64,000 nt of DNA, taken from NCBI GenBank assembly GCA_047495785.1, contig JBLDXI010000019.1, positions 1,922,001 to 1,986,000 on the forward strand. The letters are read 5' to 3'. Origin of the DNA: Lepidodermella squamata. Its lineage: Eukaryota > Animalia > Gastrotricha. The notes beneath the pieces were generated by a model. That model was not told the origin of the DNA. It saw only the letters and a list, made by a program, of their open reading frames with translations, and made no database searches. The translations under genes were made by a program, and so were the position numbers. This document shows positions 11,931-25,267 of this stretch, in pieces. Position 1 is the first letter of the stretch; each line of letters starts with the position of its first letter.

Positions 11931-14900
11931 CTACATGTCGGTATTGAAGGCTGGCGTGGTTCTTTTTGAGATTGTAGACGTTTTAAGGCCTTCAAGGCTT
12001 TCCAAATATTTAATATCAATTATCTTCGGCATTAGCGTATGCCGAACAGGAAACATGAGGCAGAGTACGATAGGAAACAGCATTTCAACATAGAAGTTCT
12101 TGCCGTACAAACCCATGCCGCAGATAACAATGAGCTGAAAAATTTGAATCAGCGTAACCAAATGCAGTTGGCGTTGCGGGACCGTCCTGATGTAGTGATG
12201 AGGCGGATAAGCGTTTTGTTCAGTGAAAAGTAGCATAATTCGCTCCATTAATTGATTGTCATGAATTGACATAGCTGCCATGTATAGGAACAGACCGTTG
12301 AGCACAGGACGGGAGATGTAGGCCAGAGGGTAGGGAAGCATGAATAGCGATAGGCCTATCATCACACTAGTCACAATCGTGGTTAACCGAGTCTCTCGAA
12401 CTCGGACAACAGCTTGGTAGACATGACCAGCATCGACCCTTTCCTCAACATCAGCAAGGCCAAGTAGATGAAGTGGTGATTGAGGTGTTGTAGGGTAAAG
12501 CCATGGCAATGAGAATAGAGACAGCACTGAGTTAATCAAAGCCACCACCAGCAGATCGTAGTCGTACGTTGTTCCTTTTTTGAGCTTGTTCGTCGGCCGG
12601 CATACGACTGAATTTGTGATGGTTGTATCGAAGAAGAAGAGAAGGGATATGACGAATCCAACGCCTCCGCAAAAAAAGATACACCACAGCGGTAAGTCCT
12701 CGATGCGAGCTCGTGTTGGTTTGTAGTCGTAAATGGTAAATTGTTCAACTGCGATGAAAAAAAGCGGAAAGTGGTCAATTAACACAGAACACAGAATATC
12801 TAATTACTGCACTGGTTTTTACTGCACACATGAAGTTGCTAGCCATATTGTTTCTAGCTTCAATTGTTCTTTCCCCAACAAAAGGCTGCAACACTGGTTT
12901 TATCCCGGCAAGCAGTGCTCATCAAACCCAGTTATGGTGCCCACAAGCCACTTGCCCACTTGGTGAAAAATGGGTCCCTAAAGAATGTAGGTGTGTTTGG
13001 GAAGGTAAGTTTATTTTAAAACTAGCCAAAGGCAGTCATGTTCTGGTAAATCTTCAGGATGCTTCCCAAAAAGGTGCAGGCCAAACTATGATTGGAGCTA
13101 CGCTACGTGTGGTTGTATTCGGATGCAGCAGAAGGGATTCAGCACTTGGGATGGATTGCAACTGAAGTCAAAACAGACTGACGGGGAAACTCCTTCCATT
13201 CAACCAGCTGTACTGATTCTGCCTCCTGGTTATAAAGAGCAACTTTCCAAACCTATCGAAGTTTAAATCAGATTCACTCCAACATTGCATGTTCCTAAAA
13301 TGAAACTGGCGCTCCACCGGCATTTCCTAGCATATTTTTAAGATGGACCATAACAGACGATACAACTATAACGATTGACTCAATGCTTAATTTTTGTTTT
13401 TTTGCATACTCTTCGAATAAAAGGCACTTGTCAAAAGTGTATCTTTAACTTACGTTGTACATCGCCGAAAACTAGACGGCCAACCATTGAAACGCCGATG
13501 ATAGAGATCGGAAGAGAATAGTCGGCCAAAAATTCGCGAACCTTCTTATTCATATACGGCGTTTTCGCAAAGCCATGCAGCCTCAAACTTGACCACCACG
13601 TCGCAAGCATCAAAAGCAGGTACAACAACGCTCGGTCACGTCGACACTCCTCCTCAACTGGCTGAAATGGGGTGGTATTGGCCAGGACCTCAGTCGTAGC
13701 GTTCGTTATCAAATTAGCAGGCATAGTTACAGCCATAGTCCCCAGGGTACTAGCAGTAGTTGTCGCGTTATCGTTCAATAAATCCTGGATTAATTGAATA
13801 ACAGTCGTCCCGGTTTGGGTTATAGGAGTTGATGTCGCAAATGAGGTCAAATTTTGCATTAAGGTTCCATCGATCAAATTGCTGTAGACTGTAGTCGATT
13901 CATTCATGTAGTCACCCTCCCCACTGCCGACGATATCTACCGACCTTTTCGCAACTATTCCAGTCAAATAATTTAGAAATTCAAACACTTGAGCCGGGGT
14001 CGAGTTTAAATTCAACGAATCCGGGGTGGTTGATGATAATGGTGGCGAGGATGAGGTTGTTGTAGTCGCGTCCTCCTTACCACTCCACCGCCCTATGGCC
14101 GCCCAGACACCCTGCCGACCACCGCCCTTATTCGAACAGGCGTCGCTGAAGTAGTGCTGGCCGAAGTTGTTGCCCAGTTCGTTGAAGCCATCGACGACAA
14201 ACGCGAATAAGGCGAACATTTCGAAAATGTCCTGAATCGTTCTCGTGCATAGATTGGTCAGGCAAGACGTGTTCATGAATGAGTATATTGTTAGGAAGAA
14301 GCAGTTCCATAGTCCGATGCAGGAGTAAAAGGCGAAGAAATCGACATTTTTCTCGATAGCCTGCAAAAATTGAAAAAATTTGAAAATTAATTTGAAAAAC
14401 TCAATAATTTTAATTTCGAAATTTTGAAATTTAAAAAAAATCAATTCTCAAAAATTTTGAAATTTTCTAATTTCAAATTTCAATTTTTTTATTGAGATGC
14501 TTAATTTTCAAAAATTAAAACTAGTTAAATTAAAAGAAAGAGGAACTTACAATTTGATACAGGATTTTCATGTAAAGGCCCAGTGGTGCCGTAGTCATGA
14601 TTACCAGTAACGGCTGCCCACCGAAAATTCCAAACATCAACCCGCCAAAAACTTGAGCAATGATATGCTTCTCAACCCCAATCGCGCCCTTCGTGCTACC
14701 ATCATTTAAAACTCCGAAAGCTAAAGTCGGCAGCATGACAGCGAAATACAGAAAAACAATAGTCGACAGCAGTTTGTGAACAGTATTTTGCCCGCGAATG
14801 CCATCGACGTAGTCGCTCTTGTAGTGCGGCCAGCGGCGTTTGATGTCGAGGTAGATGCCTTGACCTGGATACCAGGACAAACAGCGCGATTTAAAATAGA

Positions 14901-17900
14901 CCCGAGACGCGCGTTTTTGCGTCAAACGCCGCACTAATTCAGGGTGTTCTTGAATGGCGTGGAGCCGGTTAGCGTGATCGCAGAGAATGTCGCGAAATTC
15001 CTGCTCGTCAATAGCACCGCTGAGTTGATTTCGGGTTTCGACGTCGAGAAACAGCGTTGAGAACGTTCGAGCAGTTTCAAGGGCTGTTTTTGTCGATTTT
15101 TCAACGGTTGGCGTCATTATGAGGGTGACAAATTTGAGCTCTTCGGAAATATGTCCCATATTTACGGGGCCATTTGTGCGGCAAAAAGCAACGTGACGCC
15201 CAATTACATCATGCAAAGACGCACTTTAGAAAAATTTAAAAAATTTTAAATTGAGATTGGAAATTAAAAATGTTTACAATGCGCAAATCCAGATTTGGTC
15301 ACAAGCCATTTGAATGTCTAACGTATCGTCCAACATCTCACTCAGACAGCCGCCTTGAATCGTTCGCGACATGACAGTGACAGATTTATCGACGAATAAT
15401 TTCCTAATTTAGGGTGACACAAAGTTTCGCGAATTTTTTTTTTAATTTTCAAAATTACTTGAGCGCTTCGTCCTTGCAGCGTGCCTTTCGCATGGCGTCA
15501 TTTCCGCGGCCCGTGTTTTCAAAGTCTTTGTCGACGATGTGCGAGACGAGGCGCTGGATTATGCGGTAAATGTGCGAGTCGTGCGAGTCCAATATTACGA
15601 CGGCGTCGCGCAACAGCCGCTCAGCGTCCATTTGAGCGCGAAAATCAACCGCAAAATCTTTCATGCCAACTTTCTGATAAAAAAATACAAGTTTGAAGAC
15701 TTGATCGAACTCAAATTAAGAACTTTCCAATTTTTAAATTCAAATTTAAAATTTTTTAAATTTTTTACAAAATTAAAAAAATAAACAATTTGATTATTTA
15801 ATATCAGTCAGAAAAAATTGAAATTTAATCTTTACACAAATTTAGAATTTTGAAATCTTTGAAAATTTCAAATCGGAATTTCAAAATTTTCGAAAATACA
15901 AACAAAACTTCAATCAAATTTTAGTTGCGAAAAATCTGAAGTTTAATTACTGTATGTTTTGTGTACAATAGGGTGTACACAGTTCGATCCGGGTTGTTGA
16001 TCAGCCACTCGCCGCCCTGATAGACCAGCGCCCTTTTGTGAGTCGGAATCAGCGAAGTCGCGCCATACTCGCCAAACTCACTGCGACTCATCGCTGACCC
16101 GGACCCAGACTCCGACCCAGACCTATTCGACCCCTCTAAATCATCATCCAACGTACGCCTCTCTTCCAAATCCGCTGAATGATCGGTGCCAGAGACGCAC
16201 AGTGACAACGAGCTAGTGCGGTCAATGTAGCGAAATGACACGGCTTCCGATGGTTTCAGTCGGCGAAATGTGTTGACGGAAACGGGCTGGAGTAAGTATA
16301 AGGCCGAGGCGTTTTCCTGGTAACGATCCGGGGTCGATGCGTCCAACTCGTAGCTACTCATCGACCCGCCTGTTCGAGTCGGAGTTGCGATGTGGGGGCT
16401 ATCAGGCCGCTCTACTACCGTAGCCGATGAGACTGGGGGTGAGCGGGTAGGAGGGGGCGGTAAGGCCTGGAGGACGAAACCAACCCCAGCCGAGGCTAAC
16501 GAGCCAGTTTGAATCCGTTTCACCTTGCTATTCAGCGATGAAATATCCGCGGTTGATTGGCGGCTCGCGAAACCGCTGAGAGGATGCTCGGTCGGCGGTG
16601 GTGTGTCTTGAGCGAAACTATCGTCACGCTCTAATTTAAGGCGGAGACGAGATGACGCAATGCCGATTGACGATGTCTCATGAGCGTGGGATATTAACGA
16701 GGTCAGTTCGGGGTGCGTGGTTGATGCTTCGCGTTGTGAGGCGTTCGTGCCGAGGCGAGAGCGCGGTTCGATTGATGATATGTTATGGGCGGAGCTTGAG
16801 CGTGACAGGATTTTACCCTCAGGCGGCGGAGTTACTTTTGACAGCGCCATTGGGTTGTGCACGACTACGACTTCAGGTAGATGCGTTAGACGTTCAGCCT
16901 CCTAAAAAATATAATTAAAATTGAAAAATTCAATTATATAGGTTCAAATAATAGGTATAGAAATTCTGCGCTATTAAATTCACCTTGATCGACTGAAATT
17001 CAAATAAATTGGATCAAATATTGTGGTCACCCTAAAATTCAAAGTTCCAGCGCTAAATTTGAAATTCTGGCAATTTAGATCGAATTCAATGTCTTCCCTA
17101 AAATTTTCAATTTTTTTAAAAAATCCTGCCATATTAGATAGGAAGGGTAATTTTCACAGTAGCGATAATTCGGCATGATGAGCCGATATTGATTACGAGT
17201 ATCGATTTTTCAAATCAGCGATTTTAGATATCATCAGTCAGATAACCAAGCAAAATTCGGAAAAATCGGAATAAAGTATGGGAATAAAGCTAAAATAAAG
17301 GGTCATGGCCGTGATGAAAAGTCGAAATTAAGAAATATGAGACAAATAATGCCTTGCAGCTTAAATTTAACGACAGAACCTCAACCTTGGGTTGAAATAT
17401 TAAGATCTATCAAAAATTAAAATTACTCAAAAGTCCAAATATTGTGAAAAAAAATCAAATTTTAAAATTTTAAAATTACACCAATTATTTTTAATTTCAG
17501 GATCGATCTGAAAAGAACAGCTGAAAACCAGCCTAATTTTTTGTTTAATTTCAAAAATTTTCAATTTTTAATTTTTTTTTTTAATTTTAATTTTAATTCT
17601 AATTTTTTTTGCAGTTTGGATTTTAGCCAAGATTCGTCAATAGTTATTTAGCTAGTTATTTTTCTTTAATTTGTTGAACGTGATTTCTTACCGATCGACT
17701 GCCATGGGTGATCACACCAGCTGTGCGGGCGAAAATTTTCGACAACATGCCAAGAATATTTCGCGTCGCTTTCTTCGGCGGCACGAGCAGTTCGTATTTT
17801 AGCGACAAATCAGTGCGGTAGATGCTGTTCAAAATGCGCGGATGCTTCTCGTGGATACACGTCATCGGCGTCTGGTCTTTCAACCGCGAGCCCAACTGCT

Positions 17901-18516
17901 CCGGCCTAATTTGCCCCGCCGGGTTTTGAACAACCACCTCGTGCACGTCATGCGGCTGGATGGCTAGAAACGCGACTTGTTTCGCGCCATTTGCCGCATT
18001 TCGAGCCGATGGATACGATTCGAATATGTTAGGAATCGAATGCCGGCTGGAGACTGATTTACTGCCGACACTGGTCGACCGGTCGCCGTGGGTTGACGCC
18101 GGTTCCAGGGTGATACTTTTAACCGCTGAGCTGCCGAAACTTCCACTGCGAACTTCGTGACGCTTCTGAGGCGCCGACCAATCGTCGGCTATTGAAACTT
18201 CATGCGGATGAACCACCTTGCCATGCGCGGCGATTGGCCCACTCGCGTAGTGGTGATGGCCGGAGTGGCTTGGCCCTAATGACGTGCCCATATGACCGCC
18301 GCCTAGGTGACTGGGCGCCGTTGAGGTGCGCCCATGCATGGGTGATTTCGCCTCGGGTGACGGCTCATCCTCTTCCTTAGTTGTCGCTAGCCCGTCGCTG
18401 TGGACGAGGATCAACGGACTCGTTGGTTTATGAATCGCAGAGCGGCTGGGTGACTGGCCAGGTGACCCAGCGCCGGGTGGCTGTAGGGTGCCGCTTGGTG
18501 GAGGTGTCGAACTCAT
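11931..18516 (-). CDS. SLC4A11: SLC4A11-like (BTR1 clade) SLC4 transporter, ~1504 aa; exons 18516-17692, 16901-15951, 15673-15459, 15403-15278, 15223-14551, 14360-13454, 12748-11931
   Basis: Motifs MKDF..DFRAQMD, TALETARTFSTLF, FLYFAVMLPTLAFG, FGGQPLLVIMTTAPL, PQSPLH, VRETRLT, EQNAYPPHHYIRTVPQR match the SLC4A11 subfamily; exons sum to 4515 nt in frame. The first two exons are low-complexity and less certain. Confidence 0.88.
12830..13266 (+). CDS. Small secreted Cys-rich protein (127 aa) with two CXCXC/VEGF-C-like repeats, nested antisense in the last SLC4A11 intron; exons 12830-13004, 13058-13266
   Basis: Signal peptide MKLLAILFLASIVLSPTKG; its own 53 bp GTAAGT...CAG intron; repeats CPLGEKWVPKECRC and CRPNYDWSYATCGC; AATAAA near 13416. 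Confidence 0.8.
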
Positions 18517-19593
18517 TTTAAAACTGATTTGTTTACAAATTTTTCTCTATAAACTGACCAGACGATTAAAATGTGAACGAGTCGATTTCGCGCTCGATGC
18601 GGCGCTCATTAAATTGATACGCGGCCATGTGCGAGTGAGCGTGCGCGACTATTTCTATTATTAGCCTCTGCGTTGTGTTGTTGTTTGCGCGCAGTTAGAT
18701 GCGCTTCATTTAACGGGTTGATGATATGCGCGCAATTTAATAACGCAATTTTAAGGGCGCGCTTAGCATTTCCGCGCGCGACACGATGACCGTCGGTTAC
18801 TGATAACACAATTTATCAGATACATATATGTCAACTGAGGCGAGGAGTTGGTATCCGCGCTTCGCATTGCATTTTCGAAAGAAAATTATTTTTCAAATTT
18901 GAGTTTACAGAGACCTGACTCTTTGGCTCTTTATCATCAACCGCTCTTACATTGGCTGAGGCGAAATGTACAATGTTTAAAACCAATCGTTATTGCCTAC
19001 AGTAATTATTGCTACAGCGCTTATTAACAGGAAGAAAAAATGGTCAAATTTTTCGAGCGAGTGCCTTTATCAATTTTCAGGCAGTCGATAGGTCAATTTT
19101 CCTGAAAGCCTCACTGAAATATAACCGAAAAGCGTGTTCAAACAATTTTTTTTGGGAATTTTAAATAATAACGAATAAAGAACATTTTAATTTTTTGAAA
19201 CATGATACAAAAATTCAATTTTTGTTTACACCATACAAAGTGAACGACACAAATGGAGGATAATCCTCCTCTTTCATTAAAAACGGAACGTGCCGGAAAT
19301 GCCTTGGAATTTCATTATTTTCCATAACGCAGCCAGGTACCAGGTATAAAAACGTGAAATTGGTCTAAATATGTACACCTCATCTACACATGAGGTTCCA
19401 GCTCTCATTCGTCTTATCGCTCTCGAAAACTCGAATAACCACGCATTTTAGGGGAACCTGAAACCTCAAACTGGCCTCACATTGGTAGAATAAATTCGTG
19501 AAAATTCGAAGTAATATGAATAATTTCTCAAAATTAATTCTAGTCTTATATTTTTAATTTCTCTGACCCAATGTACGAATTTTCATCCTAAAC

Positions 19594-19970
19594 GGGTCCC
19601 CTACAGAGCAGCAGGCTTCAAAGCAGGATAAACTCAAAAAGCGGTGCAAACGCCACGCAACAATAAATCGAATTAATTACGATAAAATTCGGCGTAGTTT
19701 TCTGAATATGGACTCATCATAACTTAAGTAGTCCGGCTTATGAATTTTGAAAAAAATTCGAAAAACGACTTTTTCGACCAAAGTGAGGTCTGAGTCACAT
19801 TACGGAGGTTTGATGACTTATGTTCCTCAATTTTTGGTGTGAAAAGCTAGAATAGCTGACCATCATGTTAGTCGATTGGTTGAAAATCAGAGGCTAAGCC
19901 TGAGCGCTTGCTGAGAGGACTGTTTAGTGCGTTTTCCCTGCTTTGAAGCCTGCTGCTCTGTGGGGGACCC
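19594..19970. mobile_element. 377 bp MITE with 8 bp target-site duplication (Merlin-like or hAT-like)
   Basis: ~34 bp terminal inverted repeats GGGTCCCC(T/C)ACAGAGCAGCAGGCTTCAAAGCAGG; flanked on both sides by TCCTAAAC. Confidence 0.85.
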
Positions 19971-20592
19971 TCCTAAACTGTTCCTAAAATGTTTATCGTA
20001 ATCTTTATTTGACTCAGAGCTTTAGAATCAACAGGGCGATTCAGTTAACTTGTGGGTTCCGCAGAAAATGCCTGGTTTTTGAATTGAACAGAGCTTCGGA
20101 TGAAATCAAAATATGAATTTTCAAGTTCCGGGGCTTGGCAATTGAGCAGAGATGATTGGCTAAGTTCGAATTAAGGCAAATTTCATGTTGTCGGTTATTC
20201 GATAAGTCCATTTCTGGATGTCAGATGAAAAAAGTGTTTCCCCTCGAATTTAGGAGTGGCAATTTTTTTATATCCATTTACAAAGCTCAACCATCAAGTT
20301 CAAATGTCCCGGCTCGATATGCTCATCAATATACCGCGGACCTTGTCGCTAGAAATTGTAAAATTTTGGCATGATAAAATTTTTATTCAGGCAAGACATT
20401 TCTCTCTTTTATTGAATTTCTTTGCACATTTTTCCAATCGATTTCCTTTCGAAATAGTAGGTTTTATACACGATCAATTACGATAAACTTTCTCAAGGCA
20501 TGCGAAATATCGATAATCCACTATCCATCAAAAGCATCGGAATATTATAATCATTAGGTATATTGAAGAAAATCTTAGCATAACAGATCATC

Positions 20593-23500
20593 TTAGTTTT
20601 TGATGGGCACAACGAAGTCGTCGAAAATGCACGTCGATTTAGCCGCCGAGCGGTCATGAGCTAACAAGCGAGTGGGAACGGCGCGAAAAAGGCTGGCAGA
20701 TCTCAAAAACCCGCTCTTACTGCCTATTATCATATCCATCTGCGTTAACGTGTACCAGTCCAACATCGTACGAAGCATAGCCTCATCGCCATTCGCATTT
20801 CCATCCAACCGATCTATGTGATACGTTGGCCCGTCAATCACGATCGAACGTAAGCCGCAAGTTTGCAGGAAAGTAGCGACTGCCTGTGATACTTTCCCAT
20901 CGCTGCTTGTTACATAGACCAGGAGTTTACTTGTATCGTTGTAGCCTTGCTCTTTGATTGTACGGAACAGCTCGTTGACGAAGCAGAGAATTTGCGATGG
21001 CAAAAGGCGGCCATCATTTTCAGACCATTTAGGCAGATCAAAGCGAAGTTGTAGGCCGATTTTCGTTGATCGACGCCATTCGTCCGCTTGGATATTCCAT
21101 TTCAGCAAAACTTTCTGGAATTCTGACTTCAACTGAGCAGTTGGTTCGGAGAGAAGCAGGCCAATAGCTGCTGCTTGTAGCGTGACCTGGTTGAGCTGCG
21201 AAAACCGTGGGAATTCGCGGAAATAGTGATCCATTTTCGGAGCGAAGTCCGCGTTGTCGAACAGGGAATTGACAGCGAATAGCGGGCGCGGTTCCAGGTT
21301 GGTTGCCAGTGTCAAGAAGCGTTCATTCGCGTGGGCTGCAGTAAAATCTCGCTTGGCGAAAAACCCGGCTGTATTATCGTCGATCAGCCAATGTCGTGAG
21401 GCTTTAGCCGCCATGTCGCCAATGATAGCCTACAACGGCAAATACAAACACGGACGATACATGCAATACGGTTAAACTGATTTTTTCATATACAGTCGCT
21501 TTGCTATTGTTCAAGTTAAGGTTCGAGATGTATCAAGCTTTCGAACCAAATAACTCGATGACACCGTAAAATTGACTGTAGCATTGAGTCGGAAAAAACG
21601 TGTTTTTCTGGCAAGGTGAATAAATTTTGAAAGGGTCCAAATATTTGCACCACTAAAAATAAAGGTTCCAGCTCTAAATTTAAGCGTCCTGGTACTAAAT
21701 TTTTCAGATTCTTTGCGATTTTGGCGTTTTCGTTTTTTGATCGACACTGATGCCTTCCCTGCACCTAGGATTGTTTTAGCTACCTGGCCCCCTAAGCTAC
21801 GTAGAAAAATGAAAAAGGATCAATGTTGGGTTCCCTGACGGCTGATATCGGAAAAATCGCTGATTTGTGAAATCGATACTTGGAATCGATATCGTCTCCA
21901 AAGGATGAAGTATTTACGCAAACTGAACTCTTCTAGCGAAAAATACGTCAATCGAAGACTAGAGACTCCAAAAACCATATTTAGGGGGAATTTAGTGCTG
22001 GAACCCTAAATTTAGGGTGCCCACTTGGCACAGCCATAATTAAGGTCAGGCCTCAAATAAAGGACGGTCTCATACAATCAGTCCTCCGATTTTTTTCGGG
22101 ACTCGACAGTGTCTGCCACTGGAAAAAAATTGCGAAAAAGTGTACGCCGATTTGGAATTTATTCATATTATGTTTTTCGTTTTTTTCGCTGAGCTGATGT
22201 ACATTGGTTCGAAGTTCGCCAAAATTCGCGAAACTAGTTAATAAGCCATTGAAAAATCACAGATTCTATTTCCTAAATCTTAAAGCCTGAATCTTAATCT
22301 AGGGGAATAAGGTCTTTTATATTGCCTTTTATAAAATCAAGAAAACAAAGAAATAGAAATATAATGCAAGCGAAGCGAGCCAATTTTTCGGCGATTCGCC
22401 TCTGAAAATGCGAAAAATGAGCATCTCGAAGCTGGTTTTTTCTCTAAAAAGGAAGAAATTTTAGGTCTCTCTCTAACTTCCTTCCGGACAGATTCCAGAT
22501 TCCAGATCATTGAAAATTGGGTCTGATGAGAATGGGAACTGTTGGCTTAAGAGAATGGAAAATAAAAGGAAAATGGATATCAGCGAGCGAAGCGAGCAAA
22601 ATTTGCGATATATAATCACGAAAATTGCGAATTTTAACTCGAGAAATCCCTAAACTTGGCTGGCTTCATAGGGTCTCAAAAGTGTACGTCGATTCACTAT
22701 ACCCCTACCCCTTTTCTCAACGGTTTTAATAAGGAATATTTTTTCGTGTCTGCCACTGAGCGTGGTCCAGTGGGCAAAAATCGGAACACTGCATACAATA
22801 TAAGACAGGGTTTCAACAAAAATAATGGACAGGCCCTAGATTGGGAATTTTTATAGTGGAACCAAATTTCGAAAGATGGCGCCAAACCGTTGAAGAGCGT
22901 CATTCTGAATAATTTTGGATCACGATCAAGTTCGTGTTATAAAAGTCTGAAAATCAGATTTTATGCTAACAATCGCGGATAATTTTCTTTTAATTTATTT
23001 TGATTTTTCTGAAAGAATTTCAGTAAATTCGGAAATTTTAAAATTAGTTTCTACCAACAAAAGTAAGACCTTAATTCATTTTAATATAGTATAATATTAA
23101 GAATTGTTTTCCTAAATCTTGGGGAAACCTTTTTTACCCGAACAACGTCTAATTTCATCCGACAATCAAAAGTGTGACTAAAACCTGCCGGCTTGCTTTT
23201 TCATACAAAAAATTACAGGAAAAAAGTGACTACTCGGATCGCCATAAATCTTTCACTAAAATTACGCCATAATTTCACCATAATTATGCCGGTTCAGGGG
23301 CCAAAACAGGGTGCATAAAAGGGGTATGCCCCTACGGAAAAATCGAACACAGGAAAATAGATATTTTCACGTCGGATGATTTTAGTCACATTTTTTGTGG
23401 TCGCATGAAAAAAGTCCCATCCCAATTCTTACGTTTTGAGTTTACCGAGTACAATATTACTATTTTCTTCTTATTTCTATGATATCCCTACCCCCTACCT

Positions 23501-24054
23501 CAAAAGTGGCGCTGAAAACCTGTGAAAAAGCAAACCTGAGGCATGACCGAATAATACGGCATGAAGTATCGCTCAATCGGGCTCGGCCTGGTATGCCGCA
23601 TCCAAAAAACACGATCGGTTAAAACCGCAAGGTAGAAAACGGCAACCATACCGCGAACCCTGTCGCCCCAGCCGCCGCACAAGCTTCCATCGCACACGTA
23701 AATTGCAAAGTTGGGTTGGCTGGCAGTCAGCTGCTTGCTCACAGACCCATTGATGTAGCGATCACGTAGCCACTGCTTGAACATCTCTAGTGTTTGCAGG
23801 TCAACATGTGGGTCTTCCGGGAACACGCTCTTCCGCAAAGGCTTTCCGGTTGTTACATTCACCATGTCATCGGCGATAACTGATGGCTGAGCTCGACCTA
23901 TCCGTTGGGCGGCGAGAGGTTGATAGGAGGGTTCAACACGGGATGATACGATGAAAATCAAGATGGCACCGCAGAATGCAAGAGCAAATAAAGCCAATGA
24001 GCTGCGAATTTCGATCAAACGAAATTTTGAAGCCACCTTAAAGGAATCTGTCAT
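20593..24054 (-). CDS. Type II fucosyltransferase-clan (alpha2/alpha6/O-FUT GT-B superfamily) protein, copy 1, ~451 aa; exons 24054-23536, 21429-20593
   Basis: N-terminal TM anchor; CGGWGDRVRG, KIGLQLR, YVTSSD, LDWYTLTQMDMIIGSKSGF correspond to the GDP-sugar binding motifs of this clan; 2.1 kb repeat-filled phase-0 intron. Confidence 0.8.
21690..21900. repeat. Dispersed repeat family; other copies near 29560-29740, 56110-56300 (inverted) and 61460-61670 (inverted)
   Basis: Shared core ATCGAxACTGATGCCxTCCxTGxACCT...TTTAGCTACxTGGxxCCxTAAGCTA seen by eye; boundaries approximate. Confidence 0.55.
23150..23412. mobile_element. Degenerate small inverted-repeat element in an intron
   Basis: TTTCATCCGACAATCAAAAGTGTGACTAAAA versus TTTTAGTCACATTTTTTGTGGTCGCATGAAA. 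Confidence 0.45.
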
Positions 24055-24516
24055 CGTTTCACGTCAAGATTTAAAACATGCTATTTTTCAGGAAATTCTA
24101 GGTGTTTTATTAAGTCAGCGTGGCGCGTGTGGGCTAGAATTCAAATACTTTTTTCATCAATGAATTGCACCGAAGAAAAAAAATCATCCTAATTGGGGTG
24201 AGTTTTTAGTTTGTGAAATCCCCTAAATTATAAAGCCCTGTGAGTATATGTACCTACCGATTTTCAAAATTAACCTATGAAATTCGGCTCAAAAATGACA
24301 CTAATTCATTTACCGAAAGCGTGAATTCAGTTTTGGTCTCTGAATTCATGCTTTCAGTAACGGAGTTAGGGTGATATTTTCGAATTTAGAACCTAAAATG
24401 AGGCTTTTGATCGAAACGAACCCCGCTTATTCCGCGTTATTCCTTATAGCTGACCCCAGGGTCCTAATTGACGCGGTATTCCACAAGCTAAAATTCAGAT
24501 TTTCAATCACTCTAAA

Positions 24517-25267
24517 TAAAGTACGGATGACAATTTGTTTGCCTCGCATTTTTTTAATAACTCCGTAACCATGAGGAATTTTTGGAGCGGGTTTCACCAG
24601 TCGATAGATCTAGTCTGTTGTAAACTTTCCTAAAATCCTCGTTAAATTGGGATAAAATTTGAGAAATTGGTGGCGAAAATGCTTCTTGTGAGTTTTGGTG
24701 AAAAAGTTCATTTTTGAAAAATGCTATTTTCCAGGTTTTAGCGTTTTTTGTCATTTTCCTGTAGTAAAGCTAAATTGGACCATATTCTTAGCAGGGAGTG
24801 ATGCCAATACCACCCCGTTAACCGATACTTTCACTTTGAACCGGGCAGAAACGTTTCTGAATAACGAAATGAGATCCAAATGGATTTTGACATTTTTGTT
24901 GGAATGCACCAATTTTGCAAAGCTGCAAGTTTCGGGTTGAGCAAGTGTTTATTTTTGTGAAAATCGGCAGCATTTATGAATAGTGGACCACCTCTCGACA
25001 AAATCTGAACCCTCTGACAAGAAAAATGATTGCCACAAGTCACATCGGATGCAAAATAGCATTTTTCAAAAATGAACTTTTTCACCAAAACTCACAAGAA
25101 GCATTTTCGCCATCAATTTCTCAAATTTTATCCAAATTTAACGAGGATTTTAGGAAATTTTACAACAGACTAAATCTATCGACTGGTGAAACCCGCTCCA
25201 AAAAGTTCCTCATGATTATGGATTTATTAAAAAAATGCGAGGCAAAAAAATTGTCATCCGTACTTTA
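24517..25267. mobile_element. Non-autonomous element with ~210 bp terminal inverted repeats and TA flanks (Tc1/mariner-like MITE)
   Basis: 24517-24730 is the near-perfect reverse complement of 25054-25267 (TAAAGTACGGATGACAA...TTGTCATCCGTACTTTA); it explains the mirrored MVKKFIFEKCYF ORFs. Confidence 0.85.

Noticed and set aside
11931-24054. Functional link between a borate transporter and borate-crosslinked glycans
   Set aside because: Borate transport by animal SLC4A11 is disputed and adjacency is the only evidence.
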